DNA of 64,000 nucleotides from Actinomycetota bacterium (lineage in GTDB: Bacteria; Actinomycetota; AC-67). Below are positions 30,173 to 41,342 of this stretch, piece by piece. Where the stretch lies: assembly GCA_046713235.1 (NCBI GenBank), contig JBKKBZ010000101.1:345-64344 (forward strand), read 5' to 3'. Made by a program: the position numbers and the translations under genes. Every line of letters starts with the position of its first letter. Position 1 is the first letter of the stretch. The notes beneath the pieces were generated by a model. The model was not told the DNA's origin. It did no database searches and saw only the letters and a program-made list of their open reading frames with translations.

Positions 30173-31966
30173 TCAGCGTAGCGGGAAAAGAACCGGTACA
30201 ACGATCACCGTCACCACCAGCGTGGCCACGGTGAGCGGCGCCCCGAGCCTGGTGAAGTCCCGATACCGGTACCCCCCCATCCCCCACACGAGGGTGTTGG
30301 CCTGGTAGCCGATCGGCGTGAGAAACGAAAGCGTCGCCCCGAACAGGATCACGATCGCGAACGGCCTCTGCTGCAAGCCGGCCTGGGACGCCGTCGCCAT
30401 CGCCACCGGGAACATCAACACGGCGGCCGCGTTGTTCGACAAAAGCTCCGTCATCAACATCGTCGCCAGCAGGATCCCGGCCAGCAGGCCTACGTCGCCC
30501 AGGGGCTCGAACGCCGTCACGACGACCCGAGCAACCTCCTTCGCCAGCCCGCTCTGCTCCATCGCCACGCCGAGTCCGAAGGACAGCGCCATCAGCAAGA
30601 TGATGTCGAGGTCCACCGACTTCCGCGCCTCCCAGGGTGTGATGACCCCGAGCGCCAGCAGCGCGATGGCAACAACCAGGGACACTTGAAGAAGGTCGAG
30701 CAACCCGGTTCCGGCCGCGACGATCAGACCGAGAGTGAGCAGCTGAACGATCCTCGCTTTGTCCCGCCGGATCGGTTTGTCATCCGTCAGGCCGGCGACC
30801 ATCAGGAAATCTGGTCGCTCCTTCCATCGCCGGGCAAAACCGGGGTCCCCGACGAGCAGCAGCACGTCGCCGGTTCGCAGCGGTATCTCGCCGAGCTTTC
30901 CCTCGATACGCTCGCCGGCGCGGTGAATGGCCATTACGGCCCCGCCGTAGGCTGCACGGAAATCCGATTGCTTCAGCGTGGACCCGACGAGAGAGGACCC
31001 TTCGCCGACGACCGCCTCGAAGAACGTCTGACCGAGCTTGCTATCCGAAGCTGAGAAATGACGGTCGTGCGCCGAGACGAGGCCCGGCGTGCGCTGGAGA
31101 TCGAGAATGCGGCCGACGTTTCCCGCAAAGATCAGCCGGTCGTCGTCGACGAGCACCTCATCGGGCGCGACGGGAGCGATCGTGCGCCCGGCTCGCTCGA
31201 TGCCGACGAGGAACACGCCCTCTAGGTTTCTCAAACCCGCGTCGGCAACGCTTCGCCCGGACAGCGGGCTGTTCGCAGCGACCTGCATCTCAACGGTGAA
31301 CTCGCGAAACTGTTCGCCGAGCCCTTCGGTCGGCGCCTGCCGCGCCTTCAGCAGCCTCGGCGAGAGGAAAACGATCATCGTCACCCCGACGAGGGCGATC
31401 ACCACGCCTGCCCCGGTGATCTCGAAAAGGCCGAGGCCCTTCTGCCCGGATTTCTTCAGCAGCCCATCGACGACGAGGTTCGTCGACGTGCCGATGAGAG
31501 TCGTGCACCCGCCGAAGATCACCGCGTAGGAGAGCGGCATGAGATATCGAGAGGGCGAGCGGCCGGTCCGCCGGCACCATGCGACGACACGGGGCGCGAG
31601 CATTCCCACCAGCGGCGTGTTGGCGATGAAAGCCGATGCGGCGGCCGACGGATACGAGATGCGTCCGAGCTGCCGCCATTGCGCGGCGCGCGTTTGTTCG
31701 ACCGGTCGGTTTCCCAGAGCCTTGGCGGTGATGCGGTCGAGCGCTCCGGTAATCTCGGCGGCGCCGGCAAGCACGTATAGAGCAGCCACGGTGACCGGCG
31801 CGTCGCTGGAGAACCCCGCCAGTGCTCCCTCTTCGTCGATCACCCCCGCCACCAGCAAGACCGTGACCGCGGCTCCCATCACGAGTGCAGGTGGATACCG
31901 GTCGGTGGCAAGCAGGACGATGGTGGCGACGGCCACCACGAGCGTGATCCATCCGTCCAGACCCAC
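30173..31966 (-). CDS. SLC13/DASS-family permease with two central TrkA-C domains
   Basis: CitMHS/ArsB-like TM halves flank two TrkA_C-like regions. Confidence 0.8.
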   Translation of the reverse strand: MGLDGWITLVVAVATIVLLATDRYPPALVMGAAVTVLLVAGVIDEEGALAGFSSDAPVTVAALYVLAGAAEITGALDRITAKALGNRPVEQTRAAQWRQLGRISYPSAAASAFIANTPLVGMLAPRVVAWCRRTGRSPSRYLMPLSYAVIFGGCTTLIGTSTNLVVDGLLKKSGQKGLGLFEITGAGVVIALVGVTMIVFLSPRLLKARQAPTEGLGEQFREFTVEMQVAANSPLSGRSVADAGLRNLEGVFLVGIERAGRTIAPVAPDEVLVDDDRLIFAGNVGRILDLQRTPGLVSAHDRHFSASDSKLGQTFFEAVVGEGSSLVGSTLKQSDFRAAYGGAVMAIHRAGERIEGKLGEIPLRTGDVLLLVGDPGFARRWKERPDFLMVAGLTDDKPIRRDKARIVQLLTLGLIVAAGTGLLDLLQVSLVVAIALLALGVITPWEARKSVDLDIILLMALSFGLGVAMEQSGLAKEVARVVVTAFEPLGDVGLLAGILLATMLMTELLSNNAAAVLMFPVAMATASQAGLQQRPFAIVILFGATLSFLTPIGYQANTLVWGMGGYRYRDFTRLGAPLTVATLVVTVIVVPVLFPLR

Positions 31967-32135
31967 GGTTCCCCGCTCACCTACTCGCCGGTCTCTCCGG
32001 CGGCGGCGGAACTGTACCCTCTCGCTACTCCCCGGAGCCCGCGCTGGCTCGGGAGCCGCCGAGCGGCACAGGACCTACGATTCGCTCATGCCCGATCAAC
32101 AGCACATGTACGCACGCACCCCCTCAACTCTTGAC

Positions 32136-32164
32136 ATTTGCTTTTGCCGGATTTATCCTGGCGT
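32136..32164 (+). promoter_or_regulatory. sigma70-like promoter TTGACA-17 nt-TATCCT with about 125-nt leader
   Basis: Read directly upstream of the gene at 32294. GGGGGAGG RBS sits before the ATG. Confidence 0.3.
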
Positions 32165-32293
32165 AGGTCGCTTTCGAGAACCGGCCGGAATCTTCGGACC
32201 GCTCGGCGGGCAGGACAAAGGGACCGAAGTGTCGAATCCAGAGAATCAGGCAGGTCGTTAGGGCGACCGGCCGGTAGATAGGGGGAGGCCCGT

Positions 32294-32803
32294 ATGAGGG
32301 AAAAGACTAGGGCTGCGGTTTTGCTTGCTCTGCTCATCGCGATCGTCGTGATGCCGCTGGGCAGCCGGGCCGAATTGCCCCGAAGCGGCACTCTGGCCCA
32401 GTGCTACGGCTACACCGCAGCCAACGGAGCGGGCTCGTGCACGGCCACGTTCGCACTCGCCCAGAGTGGGTTCGTCTCGAACCTCGAGACGCACGCACAC
32501 TTTCACCATTTCTTCCCCGACTTCGGGCCGACGCGTTTCGTCACGCTCGAGTGGTGGGACAGCGCCGGTGAGCTGGTGTACTCCACGTTTTGCCAGGACC
32601 GCGGTGGCTCCCTTGCCGATCAAGTCGGCCAGGAGATCGGACCGTCGGACCTAACCAACGCGACCTGCGCTTCCGTGTACCACAAGACCCGTTACTTCGC
32701 CGGTGAGCAGACCCTTGCGGTCACAGGCGACATGGTTCCTCACGGAGCCGGCTTCAAGTTCCACGGCAAGCTCTTCATTACGACGGATGGCGGGCTCTTC
32801 TAA
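32294..32803 (+). CDS. secreted hypothetical protein
   Basis: Signal peptide MREKTRAAVLLALLIAIVVMPLGSRA, Cys-containing mature part, no family recognised. Confidence 0.5.
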   Translation: MREKTRAAVLLALLIAIVVMPLGSRAELPRSGTLAQCYGYTAANGAGSCTATFALAQSGFVSNLETHAHFHHFFPDFGPTRFVTLEWWDSAGELVYSTFCQDRGGSLADQVGQEIGPSDLTNATCASVYHKTRYFAGEQTLAVTGDMVPHGAGFKFHGKLFITTDGGLF

Positions 32804-32860
32804 CCACGGCTTCGACAGAACGAGCCGCCGACATCGGCGGCTCGTTCGCTTTTGGCGGCG

Positions 32861-33670
32861 TCACTCGGATGCAGGACCTTGAAACGACGCCGGTCTTTTC
32901 TCGCGGCGCGACGCAATCCCTTCCACTACGTCGGGTCCCCCAAACCCGAGAAACTCGAACGCGAGCGACGCGTCGAAGATCGGTCCGGCAGACCGTAGCC
33001 AGTTGTTGAGCGTGTACTTCGTCCACCTGATCGCACTCTGCGAGCCGGACGCAAGCGTGCGAGCGATGTCCAGCGCGCGCGACTCCAACTCCGAATCCTC
33101 TACACACAAAGACACCAAGCCGATCCGCTCCGCCTCCTCCCCCGACACCGGCTCGCAGGTCAGCAGGTGATACTTGGCCTTCGCCATGCCACACAGCAGC
33201 GGCCACACGATCGCTGCGTGATCGCCGGCAGCCACTCCGAGTCTGGTGTGCCCATCGATGATGCGCGCGGTGCGCGACGCGATCGACACATCGGCGAGCA
33301 GACCCACGACGAGCCCGGCACCAACCGCCGGACCGCGCATCGCCGAGACAATCGGCTTGGAGCAGTTGATCACGTTGTAGACGAGATCACGGGCTTCGCG
33401 GAGGACGCGGATCATCACCGCATAGTCCTCGGCCATGTCGCGAACGAGATCCAGGTCGCCACCGGAGGAGAAAGCCTCCCCTTCACCCTGGATGATCGCG
33501 ACCCGGGTATCCGGGTCGCGATCGACTTCCTGCCACACGGCGGCGAGGTCTCGGTGCATCTCGTGCCCCGCGGCGTTCAGCCGGCCTGGTGTGCTCATGA
33601 CGATTCGCAGGATGCCCGGCCCCACCCGTTCGAAACGGAGACTGGGGTAGGCGGCATAAGGATCGGACAT
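32861..33670 (-). CDS. enoyl-CoA hydratase/isomerase (crotonase family)
   Basis: Crotonase fold motifs ([23 protein letters not shown]). Confidence 0.85.
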   Translation of the reverse strand: MSDPYAAYPSLRFERVGPGILRIVMSTPGRLNAAGHEMHRDLAAVWQEVDRDPDTRVAIIQGEGEAFSSGGDLDLVRDMAEDYAVMIRVLREARDLVYNVINCSKPIVSAMRGPAVGAGLVVGLLADVSIASRTARIIDGHTRLGVAAGDHAAIVWPLLCGMAKAKYHLLTCEPVSGEEAERIGLVSLCVEDSELESRALDIARTLASGSQSAIRWTKYTLNNWLRSAGPIFDASLAFEFLGFGGPDVVEGIASRREKRPASFQGPASE

Positions 33671-33839
33671 TGGCCCCTCCTCGACTTAGGAAACCCCAGG
33701 ATAAGGCTCGAAACGGCAGAAGATCCCGCCCGACCGCCGGATTTTGCTCTTTTCTCCCGGGGAGCCGTAAGTGGCGAAAGCGGCTTTCGTAGTTATAGTG
33801 AGAAGAGCAAACGTAAGGCCGAGACTAGTGGAGGTTGCC

Positions 33840-34469
33840 ATGAGCGCGTCCAAACGGACGCAGCGAGCGATGGCCAAGGGCTTGTTGTCACTGGCGATCG
33901 CGTCCGGCGTCATCGTCATCATCCCCGCACTGACCGCGGCGGCTTCGGCGGAATGCCCTTCGGTCACTGTGCAGATCTCCGGCGAGACCTGCACAGGACC
34001 AGTCCAGGTCACGCCGACCGATCCAGCGTCCCTGCTGGTCGGCGGCAACGAGCCGGCTCCCACACAACCGTCCGACGAGCAGCCCAGCGGCAGCGTCGTG
34101 CCCTTCAACCCGGCACCCCGCGTGCTGAGCCCGCCGCCTTCTGCTCCGCGACCGGCAAACAGCACGCCGGCCCCGGCGCGTCCGAAGCCTGCCGCCCCCA
34201 CGACGGTTGCACCGGTGCTGCCCCAAGATCTGCGGTGGGAGGGAATCGAGGAGTTCTACCAGGGCTCGTTCAAGCCCACGCTTCCGTACTTCGGGCTGTC
34301 GGTCGGCCCCCCGAGTGTTGAGCGTCCGAGCACGATCATTACGCTCACACCTTCGTCGGGTGGCTTCAGCCTCTCGCTGTTCGAGCGCTCGCTTGCCGCA
34401 CCACTGGCCGGAAGCATCCTGCTTCTGATCGGTGCCATGCGAGTACGTCGCTTCCTGCTCGACGTCTGA
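33840..34469 (+). CDS. secreted Pro/Thr-rich hypothetical protein with C-terminal TM anchor
   Basis: Signal peptide, then ECPSVTVQISGETCTGPVQVTP, then a Pro-rich region, then C-terminal LAGSILLLIGAMRVRRF. Confidence 0.45.
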   Translation: MSASKRTQRAMAKGLLSLAIASGVIVIIPALTAAASAECPSVTVQISGETCTGPVQVTPTDPASLLVGGNEPAPTQPSDEQPSGSVVPFNPAPRVLSPPPSAPRPANSTPAPARPKPAAPTTVAPVLPQDLRWEGIEEFYQGSFKPTLPYFGLSVGPPSVERPSTIITLTPSSGGFSLSLFERSLAAPLAGSILLLIGAMRVRRFLLDV

Positions 34470-34531
34470 GCGCGGTACACGTTGTCGAGCGCGCCGAGAT
34501 CGAAGATCTCGGCGCGCGGGCAGCCGCGTGG

Positions 34532-35788
34532 TTGCGCTCCCGCGGCGCCCAACGTGGTGATCGTGTCGTGGTCGTTGCTCCGAACGAGCCGCGCCTTCTT
34601 GCGCTGACTCTCGGCGCGCTTCGCGCCGGAATCCTTCCGGTTCTAGTCGGGCCCTCGCTTGCTCCCCGGGAACGTCAAGAGATCGTCGACGATGCTCAAC
34701 CAGTCCTTTCGGTGAGCGACCTCGACCAGGTCTCCTGGGATCACCCGCCGGCGCGAGACCTCGCCGCGCTACCGCTCGGCCGCCCGATCCTCTACACCTC
34801 GGGTACAACCGGCCGGCCGAAGGGCGTCTGGGGTGGGGTACTGTCCGAGGATCTCGCCGCAGAGTGGGCCGCAGACGAAGCCGAGCTGTGGGCACCCCGG
34901 CCGGGAACCGAGGTGCTCGTCTGCTCTCCGCTGTATCACTCGGCGGGACACCGTCTGGCGACCTCGGCGCTGGTCGCCGGCGCCCGGGTGCTGCTCGCCG
35001 AGCGCTTCGACCCGGTTGCCGTGACCCGTCTTCTGGCCGAGCGAGACGTCTCGGTGACGTTTCTCGTCCCGACCCACCTCCGGCGGTTGCTCGCAGACGG
35101 CGAGCCCCCGCGCCCGAGAGCACTCCGTCGCGCCCTGCATGCCGGTGAACCCTGCCCTCCGGACCTGAAGCGCAGAGCTATGGAATGGCTTGCGCCGGGG
35201 TCGCTGTGGGAGTTCTACGGTGCAACCGAGGGCCAGTTCACCGCGATCTCCCCGGAGGAATGGCTCCAGCGGCCGGGAAGTGTGGGGCGAGCCCGGCCGG
35301 GACGCCACCTCACCATCGCGAATCCGGACGCCGGCGGCGTCGGCGAGGTGTTCGTGAGCGCGCCGGAGTTCGCACGCTGGGAGTACTGGCGAGATCCCGG
35401 TCGCACGGCATCGGCATGGAACGGAGATTCGTTCACGGCCGGCGATCTCGGCAGCGTCGACGATGCCGGCTACCTCACCCTGGCCTCCCGCCGTGAGGAC
35501 CTGATCATCTCGGGAGGAGTCAATGTGTATCCGGCGGTCGTCGAGCGAATCCTTCTCGAACACGAGGCGGTCACTGAGGCGGCGGTGTTTGGGGTTCCCG
35601 ACGACCGCTGGGGCCAGCGGGTGTGTGCCGCAGTGGTCGCCGACGAGCGCGCGCGCGAGGATATCGGCGCCTGGACCAGGACTCGCCTCCTGAGCGCGCA
35701 GCGACCTAAAGATCTCCTGGTCCTGGATGAGCTTCCGACACTACCGACGGGGAAACTTGATCGCGGGGCCTTGCGGGATCGCGTCTAG
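34532..35788 (+). CDS. AMP-dependent synthetase/ligase (short acyl-CoA ligase)
   Basis: LYTSGTTGRPKGV AMP-binding motif and C-terminal LPTLPTGKLDR. Start (TTG or upstream) uncertain. Confidence 0.75.
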   Translation: MRSRGAQRGDRVVVVAPNEPRLLALTLGALRAGILPVLVGPSLAPRERQEIVDDAQPVLSVSDLDQVSWDHPPARDLAALPLGRPILYTSGTTGRPKGVWGGVLSEDLAAEWAADEAELWAPRPGTEVLVCSPLYHSAGHRLATSALVAGARVLLAERFDPVAVTRLLAERDVSVTFLVPTHLRRLLADGEPPRPRALRRALHAGEPCPPDLKRRAMEWLAPGSLWEFYGATEGQFTAISPEEWLQRPGSVGRARPGRHLTIANPDAGGVGEVFVSAPEFARWEYWRDPGRTASAWNGDSFTAGDLGSVDDAGYLTLASRREDLIISGGVNVYPAVVERILLEHEAVTEAAVFGVPDDRWGQRVCAAVVADERAREDIGAWTRTRLLSAQRPKDLLVLDELPTLPTGKLDRGALRDRV

Positions 35789-35803
35789 GCACCGGGAGAC
35801 GTA

Positions 35804-36850
35804 CTAGAAACCGAGCCGGCCGCGCATGGCCTGCGCGGCGCGCCGCGCGAGGAAGGGCACCCCGTGTTCGAGCTGAGCAAACAGAGGGTGATCGGCGATG
35901 CCCGCCAGAAACCGGCGGTACGAGCCCTCCATGATGATCGCGATCTTCCAGCCCGCCAAAGCCGAGTACCACGCGACCGAGTCGGGCACTCCGATCGCCG
36001 CCGAATACCGCTCGAAAATCTGTCGCCGCCGCAGGAAACCCTCCTGGTCCATCGCGGCCGAGACGGCCAGTCCGAAACCATCGTCGCCGGGATCGCGCCA
36101 GAAATACAGCATCCAGCCGAGGTCGGCGAGCGGGTCACCGATCGTGGACATCTCCCAATCCACGACGGCAACCAAGCGCGCCGGAGATTCGGGAGCGAAG
36201 ATGACGTTGTCGAGCTTGAAGTCGCCGTGCACGATCGCCGCCGCGGCCGGCGATGGAATGTTGGCTTCCAGCCAGCCACCAACCTCCTCGATCTCGGGGA
36301 TGTCGCGAAAGCGAGCGAGATCCCACAGTTGGCGCATGCGGCGAAGCTGTCGCTCGAGATAGCCGTCCGGCTTCCCGAACCCATCGAGCCCGGCGGCGCG
36401 CCAGTCCACTCGACGTAGAGCGACGAGGGTATCCACGAGCTGTTCGCACATGCTCGTTCGATCCTCCGGTGAGGACAGCGCATCGGGCACCGTGGCCCTC
36501 ACGACATGCCCGTCGACGCGCTCCATCAAATAGAACGGAGCGCCGATCACCGAACGGTCCTCGCACAACACGATCGGCCGGGCGACCGGAACCGGCGCTT
36601 TGTGATCGAAGAGCGCGCGCGTCACTCGATACTCGCGAGTCACGTCGAAGGCCGTGGGTGGAAGATCTCCGCGCGGCGGCCTTCGCAGGACGACCTCCCA
36701 TCCATCACCGCGAACGCGGAAGGTCAGGCAAGACTGGCCCTCCCCCAGCCGTTCCACCTCGAACGGTCCGCCGAACTCCGGCGCGTGCCCGGCGAGGTAG
36801 GACCGGAGGCCTTTGGGGTCGACGAGCTCGTCGGTGCCGGTGCTACTCAC
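35804..36850 (-). CDS. phosphotransferase-family (APH-like) kinase, ACAD-associated
   Basis: Brenner motif HGDFKLDNV and VVDWE. GTG start overlaps the ACAD stop (GTGA). Confidence 0.75.
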   Translation of the reverse strand: MSSTGTDELVDPKGLRSYLAGHAPEFGGPFEVERLGEGQSCLTFRVRGDGWEVVLRRPPRGDLPPTAFDVTREYRVTRALFDHKAPVPVARPIVLCEDRSVIGAPFYLMERVDGHVVRATVPDALSSPEDRTSMCEQLVDTLVALRRVDWRAAGLDGFGKPDGYLERQLRRMRQLWDLARFRDIPEIEEVGGWLEANIPSPAAAAIVHGDFKLDNVIFAPESPARLVAVVDWEMSTIGDPLADLGWMLYFWRDPGDDGFGLAVSAAMDQEGFLRRRQIFERYSAAIGVPDSVAWYSALAGWKIAIIMEGSYRRFLAGIADHPLFAQLEHGVPFLARRAAQAMRGRLGF

Positions 36851-38073
36851 CGCTCGAGAAGCTCCTTCGGGATGTACTTCGCCAGCTCCCTGCGCGCGAT
36901 CACCATCTTGTGCACCTCGTCGGGCCCGTCGGCGATGTGCAGCGTGCGTGCGTGCGCGTACATGGAGGCTAGGGGAACGTCGTCGGACACACCCGCGGCG
37001 CCGAATGCCTGAATCGCGCGGTCGAGCACCCAGGTCGCGACTCGAGGCGCGACGACCTTGATCGCGGAGATCTCTACACGTGCGGACTCCTTGCCGCCGG
37101 TGTCCATGAGCCAAGCCGCCTTCAGCGTGAGCAGCCGGGCCTGCTCGATCATGATGCGCGCTTCTGCGATCCAGTCCTGGACCACGCCCTGCCGGGCGAT
37201 CTCCTTGCCAAAGGCCGTCCTGGAAAGCACGCGCTTGCACGTCAGCTCGAGCGCCCGCTCGGCCATTCCGATCGCGCGCATGCAGTGATGGATGCGGCCG
37301 GGCCCGAGCCGTGCTTGCGCGATCGCAAATCCTCCACCCTCCTCGCCCAAGAGGTTCCCTGCCGGAACGCGAACGTCCTCGAAGAAAATCTCGCAGTGTC
37401 CGGGAACGTCTTCGTAGCCGAAGACCGGAAGCGATCGAACCACGCGAACCCCGGGAGTGTCGAGAGGAATCAGGATCATGCTCTGCTGGTTGTACCCGCC
37501 GGCGTCGGGGTTCGTGACCCCCATGAAGATCATGATCTTGCACCGCGGGCTCGCCGCGCCGCTCGTCCACCATTTGTGACCGTTGACAATGTAGTGGTCG
37601 GCCTCCCGCACGATCCTGCTTTGGATGTTGCGCGCGTCGGACGAGGCAACTTCCGGCTCCGTCATGGCGAAGCACGAACGGATCTCACCTTCCAGGAGCG
37701 GCGTCAGCCATTGCTCCTGCTGCTCCTTCGTGCCGAACTGCGCAAGGATCTCCATGTTCCCGGTGTCGGGTGCAGCGCAATTGAGCGCCTCCGGAGCAAT
37801 CGCGGCGCTGGCGCCGGTGATCTCGGCAAGGGGCGCATATTCGAGATTGGAAAGTCCGGCACCCCAGCGGTCGTCGGGCAGGAAAAGATTCCACAAGCCG
37901 CGCCTCCGCGCTTCCGCTTTTAGCTCCTCCATCACCGGAGGATGAGCGTGCGGGTCTCCCGAAGCACGCAACTGGTCGCGGTACACAGGCTCGGCCGGGT
38001 AAACGTGATTCTCCATGAAATCGATCAGCTGCTTTCGCAGATCCTCGACTTTGGCACTGTGATTGAAGTCCAT
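36847..38073 (-). CDS. acyl-CoA dehydrogenase
   Basis: ACAD N-terminal, middle and C-terminal domains ([20 protein letters not shown]). Confidence 0.85.
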   Translation of the reverse strand: MDFNHSAKVEDLRKQLIDFMENHVYPAEPVYRDQLRASGDPHAHPPVMEELKAEARRRGLWNLFLPDDRWGAGLSNLEYAPLAEITGASAAIAPEALNCAAPDTGNMEILAQFGTKEQQEQWLTPLLEGEIRSCFAMTEPEVASSDARNIQSRIVREADHYIVNGHKWWTSGAASPRCKIMIFMGVTNPDAGGYNQQSMILIPLDTPGVRVVRSLPVFGYEDVPGHCEIFFEDVRVPAGNLLGEEGGGFAIAQARLGPGRIHHCMRAIGMAERALELTCKRVLSRTAFGKEIARQGVVQDWIAEARIMIEQARLLTLKAAWLMDTGGKESARVEISAIKVVAPRVATWVLDRAIQAFGAAGVSDDVPLASMYAHARTLHIADGPDEVHKMVIARRELAKYIPKELLER

Positions 38074-38171
38074 CTGTCCCCCTCGGCCGCTCCGGCGACC
38101 GAACCGTACGTGGACCTGCGCGCTCGGGGCAAGCGGCACCGGACGGCGCGTTCTCGCGCGCGTATGTCATC

Positions 38172-39311
38172 ATGCCCCGAATAGCGACGAAGGAGGCGGC
38201 CTTGGATCCTCGAGATCTTCCCGAGATGCCGGAGCTCATGATCGTGGGTCCCGGCGAGTTGCACGACGAGGACCTCGCCGTCCTGGGCAAGCAAGTCATC
38301 GCACACTACGGCGACACCTGGGTCGAGGCGCACAACGACGCCGTCCGTGCCCTGGCGCGCCTGCTGGGCGCCCCCGAAGATCCGTACGTCATTCCCGGGT
38401 CCGGCACGGCGTGTCTCGACGCTGCGCTGATGAACCTGTTCGAGCCCGGCGAGCGCATCGTCGTTGCCGGAACCGGCTTCTTCGGCGTCCGCCTCGCAGA
38501 GGTTGCGACCGCGGTGGGGCTCGACGTGGTCGAGGTGCCCGTCGCGGTGGGCGAACCGGCCGACGCGCGGGCTATCGCCGACGCCGTAGCCTCGACCGGC
38601 GCGGCCGGCGTTGCGATGACGCACGTGGAAACCTCTACCGGCGTTCGTCATCCGATCGCCGCAGTGGGGCGTGCCGTGCATGAATCCGGCGCCCTGCTCG
38701 TCGTCGACGGCATCGCCTCGATCGGGGGCGAAACCTTCGATCTCGAGGACATGGGCGTGGATGCGCTCGTGACGAGCACGCAGAAGGGTTTGGAAACGCC
38801 ACCGGGTCTCGGGATCGTCGCGCTCGGCCCCGCCGCACGAAGGCGACTCGAGAGTCGTCGAACAGCGGTGCGGTCTTGGTATCTCGACCTTCGACGGTGG
38901 GACTGGTACCGGCGCGAGTGGGGATGGCACCCGCATCCCGTCACAATGCCGACGAGCCTCGTGCTGACTCTGCTGTCGAGCGTGAACCGCATCCTGAATT
39001 TCGGTCTGGATTCATGGATCGCGGATCGGGCCGCGCTTGCCGCACGCTGCCGTGAGGGCTTGGAGTCGATCGGGCTTCCGGCGGTCCCGAGAAGCGACGT
39101 GCAATCCAACATGGTGATCGCGGCGTATGCGGACGACGGGCCGGAAATCCAGCGACGGCTGCTCGAGGACGGCTTGCAAATCTCCGGCGGTCTCGCGCCG
39201 CTTGCCGGACGCACGATTCGTATCGGGCTGATGGGGCGCACTGCCACCGAGGCGATGGTCGATCGGGTGCTCGATGCGATCGCCCGCGCGCGCAAGGATC
39301 CCGGCGCCTAG
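38172..39311 (+). CDS. class V aminotransferase (alanine-glyoxylate/serine-pyruvate aminotransferase-like)
   Basis: PLP-lysine context TSTQKGLETPPG. Confidence 0.8.
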   Translation: MPRIATKEAALDPRDLPEMPELMIVGPGELHDEDLAVLGKQVIAHYGDTWVEAHNDAVRALARLLGAPEDPYVIPGSGTACLDAALMNLFEPGERIVVAGTGFFGVRLAEVATAVGLDVVEVPVAVGEPADARAIADAVASTGAAGVAMTHVETSTGVRHPIAAVGRAVHESGALLVVDGIASIGGETFDLEDMGVDALVTSTQKGLETPPGLGIVALGPAARRRLESRRTAVRSWYLDLRRWDWYRREWGWHPHPVTMPTSLVLTLLSSVNRILNFGLDSWIADRAALAARCREGLESIGLPAVPRSDVQSNMVIAAYADDGPEIQRRLLEDGLQISGGLAPLAGRTIRIGLMGRTATEAMVDRVLDAIARARKDPGA

Positions 39312-39463
39312 CCGATCGCGGACGCGGGCTCGCCGTGCTTGCCGAGTCGCCCGAGTTTCGTCCCCGGCCCGTTCAACGAAGGCGGAAATGTGTGGCAAGT
39401 CACTCTTGCCCATTGTCCAGGATGCTCGCATACTGTAGGGGCGACGAATCATTAGGGGGCAAC

Positions 39464-40297
39464 ATGCGCAAGGCTCTTATCGTGGCCCTTGCTCTGGCCA
39501 TGGGCGGCACCGCCTGCGTCGGGTTGGGCGCGGGCGCTCAAGCCGAGGACGAGGTAGCCCAATCGCCGACTGTGCGGCCGCTCCGCGCTGCTCGCCCGGC
39601 GTGGTTCACGCCCGAGCTGGAGGCCAAGCTCGCCGCGCCTGCGGCGACCACGCCCGCACCGGCCGATGCGCCGCTGCCGGGCGAGGTCGGCATCCGCCCG
39701 GGATCGTGGATGATCTCCCCCTACCTGTGCACGATGAACTTCATCTTCCGAAGCGGCTCCACCCTCGCCATCGGAACGGCCGGCCATTGCACGAACACGA
39801 TCGGCCAGGATGTGACCCTTCTGACGCTGGCACCAGGCGGCTCGGACCCCGTGCTCGTCAACGTCGGCAAGGTGCTAGTTCGCGCCAGCGCAGGTGTCGG
39901 CAACGACTTTGCCCTCGTCTCGATCTATCCGAGCCTTTACGGCTGGGTCAGCCCGACGATCGCCGCCATCGGCGGCCCGTGCGGGCGCTACACCGGCAGC
40001 GCGACGCAGGTCGTCGCCCATTACGGCCACGGTCTCGGAATCGGAACCGGCGGAACACCGCGCGCCGGTGTGAGCACCGTGTGGATGAATGCGTGGTACG
40101 AGTGGGCCGGTGTCCTCTCCACCGGCGACTCGGGAAGCGCCGTCCGGGTCGGTAACATGAAAGCAGCGGGGAATCTCACTCATGTGGGAGTCCTCGTGCC
40201 CGGTGTTCCGAAGCCTCTCGGCTACGGAACGCGGATCGCCAAGATCCTCAAAATCGCAACAGGTTACGCGCTCGTCAACAGCCCGCTCTGCGTCTAG
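39464..40297 (+). CDS. secreted chymotrypsin-fold serine protease (alpha-lytic/S1-like)
   Basis: Signal peptide plus TAGHC (His), GNDFALV (Asp) and GDSGSAV (Ser). Confidence 0.75.
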   Translation: MRKALIVALALAMGGTACVGLGAGAQAEDEVAQSPTVRPLRAARPAWFTPELEAKLAAPAATTPAPADAPLPGEVGIRPGSWMISPYLCTMNFIFRSGSTLAIGTAGHCTNTIGQDVTLLTLAPGGSDPVLVNVGKVLVRASAGVGNDFALVSIYPSLYGWVSPTIAAIGGPCGRYTGSATQVVAHYGHGLGIGTGGTPRAGVSTVWMNAWYEWAGVLSTGDSGSAVRVGNMKAAGNLTHVGVLVPGVPKPLGYGTRIAKILKIATGYALVNSPLCV

Positions 40298-40331
40298 TTG
40301 CGCGGCAGAGGCGCTGAGCACAACCCCGCGC

Positions 40332-41342
40332 TCATTCGGTACCCGGTCGTGCGCCGAGGATGATGGTCGAGCCGGTCGCAGTCGCCGCCTTCTTCCCGTC
40401 GATGGCGAACACATCGGCTACCGCGACGGCGAGGTTTCGTCCCCGATGCGTGACGGTGCCCTTGGCAACCAGATCACCGTCTCCGGGAAACACCGGACGG
40501 AGAAAGTTCACCTTCACGTCCACCGGCCGGTAGGCGCTCCCGGCTTCCAGCGTGGAGACGACCGCCGTCGCGAGCGCGGCGTGAGCAAGCATCGCCGTCA
40601 GGCCGCCCTGGATCGTCCCCATCGGACTCGTCAGCCACCGGCTTGCCGGCATCGTAAACGTCACGCTCCCGTGTGCGACCTCACGCAGCGTCATGCCGGT
40701 CAGATAATGAATTGGCGGGTGGTCGACCTCGCCTTGGATCTGTCGCGTGAGCAACCGCTCCCCGGTCATGTTGCGCCACTCGTCCCAAGGGACGATCGTT
40801 CCCCGAGCGGGGCGCCGGTATGGATCCGGAGTTTTCTCTTCGTCTTCGACGACGATCGGGAGTTCGCCCGGCCGCTCGAACCCTTCAAGCGGCGGTTGCA
40901 CGAAGCACGTAGACGTTCCGTAAGCGACCAGCGCTCCGCGATCGTCCGCCACCTCGACCTGCGAGAGTGCCAACGGCCGTCCCATGTGAATCGGCCGGCC
41001 GGTCGCACGGAGTGTCCCGGAGGCGGCGCACGGCGCCAGGAAGCTCATCGACAGCTCGGACGTCGTCATCGGGGTGGCCGCCGGCAAGCCGATCAGAACC
41101 GCGGTTCCCAGCGCGGCGTCGGCAAGCATGGTGAGCGCGCCGGCCGAAATCTGTCCCTGGGAGGACAGGAACCACTCGGATGCCGGGAGCGTGAAGACCG
41201 AGTGGTCCTCCTCGGCTCCGGCCAGGAGCAGACCCGTGAGACGCGACATCGGGGGCCGCACGCCGTGGCCCCGGAGACCCGCCTGGAGTTGCTCGAGCCC
41301 GGAGAGGCCGAACGCGACGGGATCGGGGTAGCCTCCGCGGAC
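40332..41342 (-). CDS. tandem hotdog-fold (PaaI/4HBT-like) thioesterase, two domains
   Basis: Two repeats of the PaaI-like core (one ending AGALTMLADAALGTA, one ending GGLTAMLAHAALATA). Start uncertain. Confidence 0.6.
   Translation of the reverse strand, partial: VRGGYPDPVAFGLSGLEQLQAGLRGHGVRPPMSRLTGLLLAGAEEDHSVFTLPASEWFLSSQGQISAGALTMLADAALGTAVLIGLPAATPMTTSELSMSFLAPCAASGTLRATGRPIHMGRPLALSQVEVADDRGALVAYGTSTCFVQPPLEGFERPGELPIVVEDEEKTPDPYRRPARGTIVPWDEWRNMTGERLLTRQIQGEVDHPPIHYLTGMTLREVAHGSVTFTMPASRWLTSPMGTIQGGLTAMLAHAALATAVVSTLEAGSAYRPVDVKVNFLRPVFPGDGDLVAKGTVTHRGRNLAVAVADVFAIDGKKAATATGSTIILGARPGTE

Noticed and set aside
35804-37675. 623-aa ORF spanning the APH kinase and half of the ACAD gene region
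   Set aside because: The APH domain begins at a GTG that overlaps the ACAD stop. The N-terminal 275 aa are Arg-rich nonsense read in an alternative frame of the ACAD gene.
39400-39416. GGCAAG-tcact-CTTGCC inverted repeat upstream of the secreted serine protease gene
   Set aside because: A single short palindrome. It could be a regulator site but there is no adjacent regulator gene or second copy to support it.
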